A stretch of DNA of 63,675 nucleotides, the filler included, from Octopus bimaculoides (lineage: Eukaryota): assembly GCF_001194135.2 (NCBI RefSeq). It is 4 parts of 3 records of this genome, joined end to end, with 100 filler letters (N's around TTAATTAATTAA, not from the genome) between each part and the next. Parts side by side here need not be neighbours in the genome. Positions count along the whole stretch, not along the records: positions 61,441 to 63,675 come from NC_068999.1; 3 more parts are not named here. One strand, written 5' to 3'. The position numbers were made by a program, and so were the translations under genes. A model generated the notes under the pieces. That model was not told where the DNA came from. It did not search any database and saw only the letters and a program-made list of their open reading frames with translations. This document shows, piece by piece, positions 63,581-63,675 of this stretch (its first letter is position 1; each line of letters starts with the position of its first letter).

Positions 63581-63675
63581 TAATAATGATAATAATAATT
63601 ATAATTAATAATCTCTCTATATTTTTTATTTTTATAATTTCCTAATTAAATCAGGTTTGCCATTTCATTTGCTTT

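Overview
AT-rich, microsatellite-saturated, gap-riddled animal genomic DNA. The SINE families and the (AT)n/(CA)n/(AAT)n load point to a coleoid cephalopod, most likely Octopus; this is recalled pattern recognition, not a database result. Three synthetic 100-bp spacers (N44-TTAATTAATTAA-N44) show the window is four scaffolds stitched together. Most of it looks like intron or intergenic repeat: tRNA-derived SINEs of at least three families, RTE and CR1-like LINE ends, at least six decayed Penelope-like (PLE) RT/GIY-YIG remnants, hAT, Tc1/pogo, piggyBac-like and Merlin-like MITEs, and one stop-free hAT transposase fragment. A plus-strand host gene is suggested by a 308-codon putative first exon (47193-48115), a frame-compatible 135-nt exon (48784-48918) and small upstream candidate exons; I do not recognise the protein. 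The most interesting signal is a set of hammerhead-ribozyme motifs. One is a tRNA-headed element carrying a minimal PLE-type hammerhead, inserted as a ~540-bp palindrome with a 14-bp target duplication (16257-16793). Separate hammerhead-like folds occur at 21277-21390, 27282-27341 and, degenerate, 28339-28382. Nearly all listed long ORFs are microsatellite or N-run artefacts.
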